From Octopus sinensis (taxonomy: Eukaryota): DNA of 64,000 nucleotides. The position numbers and the translations under genes were made by a program. The stretch lies in contig NC_043012.1 in the NCBI RefSeq assembly GCF_006345805.1, positions 29,016,001 through 29,080,000 of the forward strand, in the 5' to 3' direction. Below the pieces are notes generated by a model, which saw nothing but the letters and a program-made list of their open reading frames with translations, was not told the origin of the DNA and searched no databases. Shown here in pieces: positions 52,861 to 64,000 of this stretch; position 1 is the first letter of the stretch; every line of letters begins with the position of its first letter.

Positions 52861-52961
52861 CATAAATGTACCTCTTGAGGTTTATATGAGTTTGCATTCG
52901 CCCCCAGTACTTCGTATATTAGCCCCTCCTGGTACATGCGATGAGGCTTTTGTATTAGTAG
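52861..52961 (+). CDS. Candidate 101-nt exon, unidentified gene
   Basis: Acceptor TATTTTCCAG, donor TAG|GTAACT, single open frame INVPLEVYMSLHSPPVLRILAPPGTCDEAFVLV. Confidence 0.4.
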
Positions 52962-53989
52962 GTAACTAATTAGTATATTATTGCCAGGAGACTGTTGTGT
53001 CTCAATGAAAAGAATTCTATAGAATATTTTAATTAAAATATTGTGATGTATCTTCAAGAATGTACAAGAGTCAGATAATATACTCTGAACTGTTCGCATT
53101 AATAAAATAATTATGAAAAGATGTTCAAGATGTATTCATTCGTTATAGATTATCGACATTACGTAGGAGGAATTTGGAAACTGTGTACATGACCTAAGGT
53201 TAAATGAAACCAGTGGTTACTGGGTAAGAGGTTTATAAAACATTTATTTATTTATTTTAGGTTTGTTATTAGGTAAACATTGGTTAACAGCTGTAATCTA
53301 TTACGTTCAAGTGAGATATACAAAAAATAATACGTGACACATGTATGCATATATGTACACGTGTGTGTGTGTGTAAAGGCGAATGTGTGTGTTCCAAGTT
53401 TTGAGGCGTAGTCTCGCAGCCAAGATTATGAAATTATACACAGAGCAACATCTTTTCAAGAGAAGTTCTTTGACTATTTTTGAAATTCTTTTTGTCTTCA
53501 GACAGAAAGCTAAACACTGCAACATTGTAGAAAAAATTACTGATTAGAAAAGAAAATTAGATTACTTATATAAATTAGTACAATATCTTGGAGTAAAATA
53601 TATAAAAAACGTATTTTCCGAAATTTTTTTAAATATCTACGGGTCAAAGTATATGTCAGTTTGCATATTTGCATCTTCCTTTTCGTTTTTCTTTTTGCAC
53701 AGTTTTATTACTCTCAATTTCGATCATCTTCGGAGATGGGGGGGGGCTTGGGACTGAAATTCTGAATGAATTAATATTCCCAGGTAAACAGAAGATTAAC
53801 AACATTTTTATGGCATTTTATCCAAAATAAAGTAAATAGTAAATTCATGAGATTATATATGTTTTATGCTTTATACACGAATCAATTCGGGCAAAGCTAG
53901 GCATGAGATGTATGTACATATATAGATATGTAGTATGTATACGTGTACATATTTGTACGTACATGTAAACACACACACTCACACACACA

Positions 53990-54850
53990 TATAATTTTTG
54001 TCCATTCTTCAGCTAAAACAGTCTCCAGTTCTTGTAGTGATGATGGTGGAGGATATTGACTCTTTACTTGTTTTTCTAAAATGCACCATAAATGTTTCAT
54101 GATACTGAGATGTTCCTCGTGCCATTCAGTAACAACTTTGGTTGTGTGAATTGGTGCATTATCATCCTGAAAAATTGTGTTTCCTTCCGGAAACAGTTCT
54201 GCAATCATAGGATGGATTTGATCAGATAAAATGCTTAAATAGTCTTGACTATCAATTCTGCCATAAAGGGAAACCATTGGGCCGGCGGATTTCCAAGATA
54301 TAACCCCGCCCCAGATCATCAGAGATCCTCCTCCATGTTTAACAGTTGGAAGAAGGCAGTCTGGGTCAAATGCTTCTTTTGGCTGTCTCCACACGTATAC
54401 TTGGCCGGTGTTCAGAAATAATTTTCACGTTTGAGAAAATAACATTCTTCCACTGCTCTAGGGACCAATTCTGTATGCTTTTACTCCACTCTAAACGCTT
54501 TGCAACCTTTATTTTTGAAAGTAGTGGTTTTCTGATTGTAGCCTTCCCGTGAAATCCGGCTTTGTGCAGCTCCTGGCGAACAGTTTGTGTAGAAACTGGG
54601 TTCTCAAGGTGGTCATTAAGCTCTGCAGTAATTTTGGGAGCTGTACTTTTGTGATCCTTTCTAACAATTCTCTGAAAGTTTAGATTTTCTTCTGGAATTT
54701 TGTTTCAACAAGGATGTTTTTCCCTCTTTCTCAAAGGCTGCCATTACTTTCCAGACAGCACTTCTTGATACAACAAACATTTCGGTTGCTTTCGTTACGC
54801 TAGCGTCGGCCATACTAGCACCAACAATTTTGGCTCTTTGAAAGTCCAAT
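53990..54850 (-). mobile_element. Decayed Tc1-like transposase
   Basis: FQRAKIVGASMADASVTK (HTH), WKNVIFS, PTVKHGGGSLMIWG, FQDDNAPIH, HLWCILE; first catalytic D reads N and the SPDLNPIE region is deleted. Confidence 0.88.
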
Positions 54851-56421
54851 AGATCGCAATACTACACAGTGGCTGTGTGAGCTACGAAATCCTCGTCGCC
54901 ACTGTTATATCGCAATACTACACAGTAGCTGTATGTTCTACGTATTGGGCAAGCCTACTTCATCGTCTGGGGGCGTTGACACAACATATACATACAATGA
55001 AGTTACAGATGTCAATAATTTCTGAAGATATTCATAGAAACTTCTTTTTAATATATTGAGAATATATGTAAGACTTATGCGATTGGCACATTAAAAAACA
55101 GGATTTATATAAAAGATGTAATTAAGGTGTGTATGCAGAATCAGAAGGGTTAGGTTTATATAATTTATAATTTATAATATATAATTTATATTAGAATATT
55201 CATATCAGATGTATTGTATAATACTATTATTTTTCCCTTAGAATAAATTTATTCCTCTCTATATTTTTATTTTCTTACCTCTCACCCTTCTTCTCTTTAA
55301 TTCATTCTATTTACTTAACGTCATCACAATTATCTTACTCTAATTACATAATGTCCCTCACAACCCCTAATCGTCAATTTTAATTTATAAGAAAACAGGA
55401 TTTGGAAGTTGGCCTTTTCTGCATAATGGCTGTCTATCACGAAATGAAAGCAAAATCCTTACGAGGAAGAATCTTTATTAAACAAACGAAAGAAAAGTAT
55501 TACGAGGACCACATTTGTAAGAACGCCTGAAGTTTTAATAAGTTTTAATGAATAAAGTCACGTGAACAATTGAACAGACATGTAAATAATTTAAAAGGCA
55601 AAGATTCCTCAACGAAGCTTTCTTCGAAAAATTGCACAAATCAGTCCCGATGAAGAGGTCCATCTGTCGGGGATGGCCTGACATGGAAATAAACAAAAAT
55701 TTATTTAAGACATTCTAGTGTAAAAATTGTCCGGCAACGACGGGCTATATAAAGGCATTTCCTAATCATAAAAATAATAGTATTTACTATCTTATAAAAA
55801 TTATTCAAAAACGACGTTGGGATTCGCTTGACTATAAATATCAAAGCAGCTCATCTTTCTATGATACATCTAAACCATATGCAAAATAAGGGTGTCAAAG
55901 TTATGCTACGAAATTGTATTGAAACCTTATACTTGTATAAAACATGATAAGATGATGTGACAATCACATATTTTTTAAACAAAACAACTTTTCAAAGATT
56001 TGTATACCATACTTTGTACTTCAGAAAGAACCTTATAGTCGACTATGGAATTGTCCAGCAAAGTGGCTGCATGCACATAGTTCAAATTCGTATGTACACT
56101 ATTATTATAACGAAAGAAAGTTGGTGATTTCTTAAATATGTATATACAACTTCGTAGACTGCGAAATAGTAAATAAGACAGATTCGCCACAGCGATGCTG
56201 CAGCGCCGAGAATCTAGTTTCCAGCCACTGTTTGTTGCAATGCTTCTGATATTTATTCCTAAACAGATGTTATATAATGTCTGCTAGCATTCCTTCGTCT
56301 GTCATCCGACGTTAACTCTGCTGATCTTTAAGACCATAGATGGCAAACGTGCAGATTTAGACATGTTTCTCTTTAAAACATAAACCAACTTTACAGTTCC
56401 TGTTAAAGAATTAGCACACAT

Positions 56422-56538
56422 TCACTCGCCCACTCTTTCTTTCTCTCTCTCTCTCTTTCTTCTCTCTCTCTCTCTTTCTTTCTCTCTCTCTCTCTTTCTT
56501 TCTCTCTCTCCCTTTCTTTCTCTCTCTCTCTCTTTCTT

Positions 56539-56571
<33 letters not shown>

Positions 56572-56705
56572 TTCTTTCTCTCTCTCTCTCTCTCTTTCTT
56601 CTCTCTCTCTCTTTCTTTCTCTCTCTCTCTTTCTTTCTCTATCTCTCTCTCTTTCTTTCTCTCTATCTCTCTCTCTTTCTTTCTCTCTCTCTCTCTCTCT
56701 TCTCA
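56422..56705. repeat. (CT)n/(CTTT) polypyrimidine microsatellite
   Basis: Direct reading. Confidence 0.95.
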
Positions 56706-57681
56706 CACTCTATCTCTCACTTCTTTTCTCCCGACCTCAAACTCTCTCGCACTTCATTTTCCTTTACTCTCCTCTCTCTCCCTCTCCCTCTCTCTTCTTT
56801 CGCATTTAACGTCTCTTTCCATTCCCTTTATCTCTTCATATTTGCATACCTTCAAGTAGACAACTAAAAGGCATTTACAGTTATACCAAATATATACACA
56901 TTAACACTCACACACACACACACGTATGCACGCACACACACACACACACACGCACGCATACACAAACACACACACTTACACACACGTATATTGTATATGT
57001 GAATCTATGTGTGCATGTATGTATGTATGTATGTATGTATGCAGGTGTGTAGGTGTGCGTATGTGTTCATGTGTGTGTGTGTGTGTGTGTGCGCGTGCAG
57101 GTGTGTATGTTACATATGCGAAGTGAAGCCCCCCAACTTTATGTCTTTAGTATACATGTGGTGCTTATGCGAACTCATAACATGCTTACACGTGCATGAT
57201 GATGACAATGACAATGACACAGTTGATGATGATGACGATGACGATGACGATGACGACAACGGCGATGACGACGACGACGACGACACGCCGTGTCTCAAGA
57301 TTTCCAGTCGTCCAATCAGTCCATCTTTGTCACCTCACCACCACCAACTTGTATATGCCTCAATCGATAATTTAGAAATAACAACCAAATTTCTTCAAAT
57401 AACACTCAACCGCCGAAAAGGACAAATTGAACTTATCGTTCGAAATAAAAAACAGAAAGATATTCTATGTTTGGAATGCCATTAACCAGAGCTGAACTGC
57501 TGCTAAACAGCAATAACCAATACCAAGTGGACAATAAAGACCAGTTAGGAATTTGAAGCCAAATAGACGGTGTAGATGTTTGTAATATGGAAAGTGGAGA
57601 GGAAGGGCGGTGCCCATGACCCTTTTTCTTCTTTCTTTTTTTTGCTGGCTCTTCAAGATCGGCTGCAGAAGTTATTTTCAG

Positions 57682-57767
57682 ACCAAAGTCATGACTTGAA
57701 TTCTTGTAACGAAGTGTACTCTAAAAGCACATTAGGGTTATATGCTCGTGTTAAACCGAGAAATGGA
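57682..57767 (+). CDS. Candidate exon phase-compatible with 52861-52961
   Basis: Acceptor TTATTTTCAG (alternative at 57657 after a long pyrimidine tract), donor GGA|GTAAAT; reads (D)QSHDLNSCNEVYSKSTLGLYARVKPRNG. Confidence 0.25.
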
Positions 57768-58653
57768 GTAAATTTACAACAGAAAAATTGAAACAACCTC
57801 ATCCAGAACATTTTTCTGAGTGTCAAATTTTCTTCAGAAGGCATTGATCGACTCGAGCAAGGTAGAAAGCATTTAACCAAGATACTACACCGGAGGATCA
57901 AATCATACATCATATAGCTGTGAAGCGAACAGGCATTACTGTAGTCACACCTATAAGTGGCAATTAACTGTTGTTGTTTAGATTCATGTCTTCCCTTAAG
58001 ATAGCTGTTATTTCTCTCGTACAGAAAGCTGAAATCTTTAGTGCTGCTCCAACTAGGCTATGTAAGTCACAATACATATATACTTGCGTAATTGTTCTGT
58101 GAATAAAGGGTTTTTTTATGCAATGACTGTCAATGACGCAAATCACAATTTGACTGCTTTTTAATTGGACTCAGTTAAATGCATTTAATTAAACTGGTAA
58201 AGAAAAGAAAAACAATTCTAAAATCTTAACTTTTAATGTTTAGGCTTTCCTTTTTATGCAAAGCACATATTTATCCATATTTTTATGTCTCATATTATGA
58301 TTGATATATTTGAACTTCATGTTTATAAAATACAGATGCTTAGTTGCAGACTTCCCTTCTCACTATTCATTTATTCGTTTATTTATTTATTTATTTTGTT
58401 TCATTAATTAATTTAAGTTACGAATTTGATATTTCACATGCCGAACGGACTTAGCTTTTGCTAAGTGCACGGTACTATTTAGTCTTGTCTCTCCCTTCCA
58501 AACTTGTTTATTTTTCTCATTTCAAATTAACTTCGACTTTCATCTCTTTCAGGTTGATTAAATAAGTACTAATAACGGGTATTTATCCCACTAACAACGC
58601 ACTCGCTACTTATACCATCTTTCCACTGCATGTAGTGACAAGTGTTATGACCT

Positions 58654-58729
<76 letters not shown>

Positions 58730-58747
58730 GTAGGTAGGTAGGTAGGT

Positions 58748-58795
<48 letters not shown>

Positions 58796-59012
58796 AGGTT
58801 AACTTTGACAATTTTTATGTCTCCTTTTTTTCCGGAAGATCTCGATGTTTTGATGAACAGCCAACGGCGTTGGATAGCATAAAAATTGAAGTCGCAATCG
58901 AGAAAAGCTAGCTGACATGGAGGACTGGCAGCCATCTGAATACTGGGAAAGAGTTACCTTTATTTACATTATTTACATTTGACGGATATTTGTCCTCATC
59001 TTGTTTGTTGTG

Positions 59013-59058
59013 AACACAACGTTTCAGCTGATATACCCTCCAGCCTTCATCAGGTGTC
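59013..59058 (-). ncRNA. Minimal type I hammerhead motif (same family as 50879-50924)
   Basis: GACAC-CTGATGA-A-GGCTG-GAGGGTATAT-CAGCT-GAAAC-GTT-GTGTT. Confidence 0.75.
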
Positions 59059-59142
59059 TTGGGGAAATTTCGAACCTGGGTTCTCATTCCTAAGGTATTT
59101 TTCGATGTTGTTGTTGTTGTTATTATTAATATTATTATTGAG

Positions 59143-59211
59143 GTCACTGCTTGGAATCGAACTCGGAATCTTGGGGTTAGTAGCCCGCGCTCTTAACCAC
59201 TACGCCATATA
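59143..59211 (-). promoter_or_regulatory. tRNA-derived Pol III type 2 internal promoter (A and B boxes) within the PLE 3' end
   Basis: TATATGGCGTAGTGGTTAAGAGCGCGGGCTACTAACCCCAAGATTCCGAGTTCGATTCCAAGCAGTGAC; loosely tRNA-Asn-like by recall; acceptor and anticodon stems do not pair, so not a tRNA gene. Confidence 0.75.
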
Positions 59212-60639
59212 CCCGTGGCAAATTATGGAGAGAATTTTAGGACTTATAAGTCTAATAATTTCCTATACCCATATGCTGCTCGCATCTGCACTCGGTCTGC
59301 TTAGGAGGTTGTTGTGTCCTAGCATATGTGCTGCTTCTTTTAGTTTTCGTATTTTCCAGTGGCGTTCTCTGTCTATCATTTTAACCTCATCTCACAAGGG
59401 GATGTGGTCTCCATTTTTTAATACATGATCAGCTATACCCGATTTATCAATATCTCCTCGTGTCACAGACTTGCGATGTTCATCTACCCTTATTTTGAGG
59501 GGGCGGCACGTTTTGCCTTTGTATAACCTACCACAAATGCATGGGATGGAGTACACGCAGTCTTTGGCCATATTCTCTTCTACTGGTGGTTTTACTCGAA
59601 GGAGATATTTGCGAAGCGTTGTATCACCCTTGAATACTGTTCTGATGTCATATGGGCTGCATATCTTTTGTATCTTTTCGGAGAGGTCTTTCACATAAGG
59701 TAGACAGGCTGTGGACAGTTTATTGGCCTCATCCTTTCTCTTCTTCATAATTGGAGTGGGTAGTATACATTTGGGGCAGTTGTTGCTTAACAGATCGTTA
59801 TTGAGCTTAATCATTTCTTCGTGGTGTGTATCATGATCGCTACTTATATTCTTTGCACGATGTTTTAGGCACTGAGCAATCCCTCTCTTTACACCGTATG
59901 GATGGTGGGAATTGAAGTTGAGATATCGTCCAGTAAAGGATTGTTTGCGGTATACGGATGTCTCGAAGAGTTACCTTTATCATGGCGATTCTCACCGGCT
60001 TTCGAAATGCCACTGGAAAAAATTTACCTGTGTCATGGTGATTCTCACCGGATATCCCAATGCCGACACCACGACTGCTACTCAATGCTCTGTGAACACT
60101 ATAAAGGTTGTAAGATGTGATAGTCTTTGGGTATTTCTCTAGTGGAGATGATGTCATACCGCCCCACGCCTTTGATTAGGGCCTTAGACTCAGTCCAGAC
60201 AGCTATGTGAAGCTGCTGAAGACTGTGGTGAAACTCTGGCTGATTCAACTCATTGTCATACGCCCGGAAAGAAGTGGTTGTCGAAGAGTTTCTATGACCA
60301 CCAGCCCCAATTTCTGGCGTCCTAAACTCTTCGATTATAATCCCCTGAATTAGCATGTGTTGAGCGCAGCTAAGAAAGACGCAAATTGCTGTACCTGCAA
60401 CACCAAGGCCGAGCTGCTGACCAAGATCAAGGTGTTCGAATATATTGCAAGGGACACAGTGAGAAACTCATGTGCCAAGTTCGAGAGCTGTCTTGAGGTT
60501 GCAGTGGAAGTTGAGGGCAGCAACTTTAAATAAACTGTTATCTTCCGCCCATAATCTAGTTGGTATTTAAAAAAAATTTAATACTTTTATTCGTTGTATG
60601 GGATATTGTGTTTTCTTTTCTTTTTATGCAAACTGTTTT

Positions 60640-60930
60640 CGAGTTCAGTTTCACTGCGAGGAATCTTGGTCACAGGACTGACCAATGCCTGTGAGTGAAT
60701 GTGGAGGACGAAATTTGTGTGGAAGTCTGTCGTGTGTGTGTGTGCTCACCACCGCTTGACAACCAGTGTTGGTTTGTTTACCTATGTGCAACTTAGTGGT
60801 TTGCCAAAAGAGTCTAATACAGTAACTAACAGACTTAAATGAAGGGTACCCTTGAAGGGTTAAGTTGATACGTTCGACTCTACCATTCAAGACAGTATCC
60901 CCAAGTAAAAGATAATACATAAAAGATGAA
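60640..60930 (+). mobile_element. Diverged fragment of the second SINE family
   Basis: CCGCTTGACAACCAGTGTTGGTTTGTTTAC..AACTTAGTGGTTTG..AAAAGAG..ATAC. Confidence 0.6.
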
Positions 60931-61170
60931 AGAAAATACGATAAAGAAGAGAATTACAGCAGTGTTGGAGAATCCCATTTGAACGAAAAACAGAAATTAA
61001 TAGGGAGAACCACAAATATGACAATTTTAAATCGTAATACACAGAAAGATCGAAGTGGATTCGTAAACTCATCCATGATCGAATGTGTTTTGATTGTGTG
61101 GAGGTGGGATGTTAAGGCGAGAAGCTGTTTTAAGGGAGAAGTGATTTTATTATTATTATTATCATCATCA

Positions 61171-61225
<55 letters not shown>

Positions 61226-61242
61226 CATTATTATTATCATTA

Positions 61243-61296
<54 letters not shown>

Positions 61297-61740
61297 CATT
61301 TTTATTTTTAGACGCTTGGAGATCTTGGTTACTGATTAGACTAGAGAAGGAAGCAGAAGTGACATGTGTAGTAGGTGCAGTATGATGAATATAGTTGGAA
61401 TAGAAAACGGTGGGCACTAAAATAGATGGCAATGTAGAAAAATTTAACAGTAACAAAGCTGTATAAAATAATAAATATAAAGAAGTTTGAAAAAAGATGA
61501 AGAATGAAATGATGAGATGCTTTAGTTGGGGAAGTAGGAGAGCGCTCTGAGTATATGAAAATAGTAATTGGGACAAAGAGTGAATCACTTTATTTTAACG
61601 GAGAACTAATCCTCTTTAATATAGGCAGTAATATTAAAAAAGATAATGGAAGGATTTACGTTAAATAATGAGAAGGAAATAAACGTAATGGATTTATCTA
61701 AGTTGTTACATGTGGTTGTAGTGAACGATAATCATTACTA

Positions 61741-61945
61741 AGGCGGAGAGCTGGCAGAATCGTTAGGATACCGGGCAAAATGCTTAGCGACATTTCGTTA
61801 GTCGTCACGTTCTGAGTTCAAATTCTGCCGAGGTCGACTTTCCATGATCGATAAAAATGAGCTCCAGCTGAGGATTGAGGTCAATGCAATCGACTTACCT
61901 CTACCCCTCGAAGTTGCTGGCCTTGTGCCAGAATTTGAAATCAGT
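61741..61945 (+). mobile_element. AAGGCGGCGAGCTGGCAGAA-family SINE copy
   Basis: AGGCGGAGAGCTGGCAGAATCG...GAGTTCAAATTCTGCCGAGGTCGACTTT. Confidence 0.85.
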
Positions 61946-61956
61946 TTGTAATTCAT

Positions 61957-62004
<48 letters not shown>

Positions 62005-62005
62005 C

Positions 62006-62054
<49 letters not shown>

Positions 62055-63544
62055 TACTACTACTATTTTTAAAACCCTACAACTAATTTTAAGATCGTAT
62101 TGAACTTTGATGACGTTAAAATTGCTATTACAATAATTACTGTTGACAAGCGAGCCATTTATGTCAGCTAGTGTGACACCATCAGTTTTCTGGGTGTTTT
62201 TTTTCCAGAATAATGAAATGATTTTGGAGCAGTGGTAGAACTGATGCTAATGGTGATCGTGTTGCATGATGTTATGGTATTGCTGTCTTTAGTATGGTTA
62301 GATGTGCGGTTGAAGCATTGCCCGGGACACGGAATCACTGACAAGGACTATTGGCTTACACCGCTTTTCTGACAATGATATTAAAAAAAATCAGCTCAAG
62401 ATCTCTTAGACGAGATTAGTGATCCTTGTGTTTATGGCCGACTGTTTATGGTTACTGATCATCCAACTTCTTGCATCTAAGGCAGGTATCATTAACTTTC
62501 ACCTGAGGTCGACTCAAACACTATGAGTGGAACTGTCGTTTGTGTTGTACTTGTAATTTAAAGGTCCAACTTGTCACACTGTATTACTATGATTCCATTT
62601 AACAACTAAGTTAAAATTACAGCTGTCTGGAATATTCGACCATTCCTACATTAATTTAAGTAGTTGTTTGCTTCGTTGATCGAACAAGTAAATGGTCAAA
62701 ATTCACAGAAGATCCATTGGCTTTTCAAGTGCATTAGCGAGGTAAGTGTAACTGGGAACTTGTATTGACCGAAATTTGATACAGGCTCAGGGTCCATGCT
62801 GTCCTTATGCTGAGTATGAGTATTATAGCGTATTCATAAGAGCTCGAGTTTGGGAGAGAAGTCTAGTCAATTTTATTCAGGACAGTACTTTACTAGCACT
62901 TTATTTTATTAATCCCCGGAAGAGGAAACGCAACCCCAATCCCTGCAATTTGAACACAAAAGACAAAAACTCAGAAAAGAAATTACGCAACGCTCTAAAC
63001 AACACTCTAATGAATATGTCATTGAACTTCCATAATTTTCTTTTTCAATTGTTATACGCTGAGGTTTATATTTTCGACTTCACCTTTACAAAATTGCTTC
63101 CACTTTATTTTATTTTCATTTTAGGGTGGTGTAAACTGATATGTTAGTGTATAACACAAGTTATGGTATCGCGATGTATATTGTACTCGATATAATTATT
63201 GTTTAATGTACCAGTTGTGGCCGGTAGTTGATGTTTAGTTTATAGTCATTCTTTATTGAAAAAATCTGATATATAAGGCATATCAGCCATTAACGCCTGA
63301 TCTTTTTATGACTGCGTTAACCAAAGAATTCCCATCTGGATAAGAGTTGAAGATTTTTCTGCTATTCGTGGCAGGTCGAACGACGCGCCAGGTCATCGTG
63401 GCTCCTTCGATTGCTTCAACATACCTGATTAATACATTATCTTAATGACTGTGTGGGTGGGGAATATTCGATAAAAGTGGTAGTGGAATTCGAACTTAGT
63501 GCGTAAATCGTCAGAACAAATACCGGAATGTATTGTTTGCAACA

Positions 63545-63900
63545 CATGTATATATGTATGCATGTATGTATGTATGTATGTATGTATGTATGTATGTATG
63601 TATGTATGTATGTATGTGTGTGTGTATGTTATGTATGTATGTATATATGCATGTATGCATGTATGCATGTATGTATGTATGCATGTATGTATGTGTGTAT
63701 GTATGTATATATATATATGCATGTATGTATGTATGCATGTATGTATGTATGTATGTATGTGTGTATGAATGTATGTATATATGAATGTATGTATGTATGT
63801 ATGAATGTATGTATATATGAATGTATGTATGTATGTATGCATGTATGTATGTATGTATGTATGTATGTATGTATGTATGTATGTATGTATGTATGTATAT
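63545..63900. repeat. (GTAT)n compound microsatellite
   Basis: Direct reading. Confidence 0.95.
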
Positions 63901-64000
63901 AGTATATAATGTGTGTACAGTTAGATGTGCAGGTGATCGATTTAGAGTTTAGAGCTTCACATGGATTACTATCATCCAGTTTGCTTCCATTGTAGTGGTT

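Larger units (their letters stand above)
58964..59965 (-). mobile_element. 5'-truncated Penelope-like element whose 3' end contains the tRNA-like + hammerhead cassette; 15-bp TSD
   Basis: TSVYRKQSFTGRYLNFNSHHP, LPYVKDLSEKIQKI..IRTVFK..TLR, CVYSIPCICGRLYKGKTCRPL..R..EHR, KLKEAAHM; TSD AAGAGTTACCTTTAT at 58949-58963 and 59966-59980. Confidence 0.9.
58820..60525 (+). mobile_element. Decayed Tc1/mariner-superfamily (DD37D/maT-like) transposase split by the PLE insertion
   Basis: Left: FFPEDLDVLMNSQRRWIA. Right: VFGYFSSGDDVIPPH..GLRL..YVKLLKTVV, PNFWRP..YNPL, CNTKAELLTKIK..RDTVRNSC..LEV.VEVEG..F*. Confidence 0.7.

Noticed and set aside
55640-56330. Possible piggyBac relic (CKNCP.. on plus; KQW..F..IAVAN.SYLLF on minus); similar weak hint near 48650-48720
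   Set aside because: Hints are short, heavily frameshifted and on opposite strands; a profile search is needed.

Overview
AT-rich eukaryotic DNA dominated by repeats and microsatellites. The SINE families and simple-repeat load suggest an octopod cephalopod (inference from recalled repeat families, not a database result). No intact host gene is recognisable; most ORF-track entries are microsatellite read-through or antisense frames of transposons. Recognisable content: four decayed Penelope-like retroelement (PLE) ORFs plus several PLE-type terminal-repeat (pLTR) fragments; a nearly full-length R4/Dong-like non-LTR retrotransposon flanked by (TAA)n; an older R4-like 3' fragment; mariner, Tc1 and maT-like transposase relics; and many tRNA-derived SINE copies. 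Main result: about ten minimal type I hammerhead-ribozyme motifs from at least six sequence-distinct families, each with a self-complementary stem III, several inside tail-out inverted repeats. One family sits behind a tRNA-like Pol III promoter. At 58964-59965 that tRNA-like + (AAT)n + hammerhead cassette is fused to a PLE thumb/GIY-YIG ORF inside a 15-bp target-site duplication, so both inserted as one unit. At 50618-50972 the same cassette occurs alone like a SINE. This suggests a PLE with a Pol III promoter in its 3' end that gives rise to a ribozyme-bearing SINE. All folds and alignments were done by eye.
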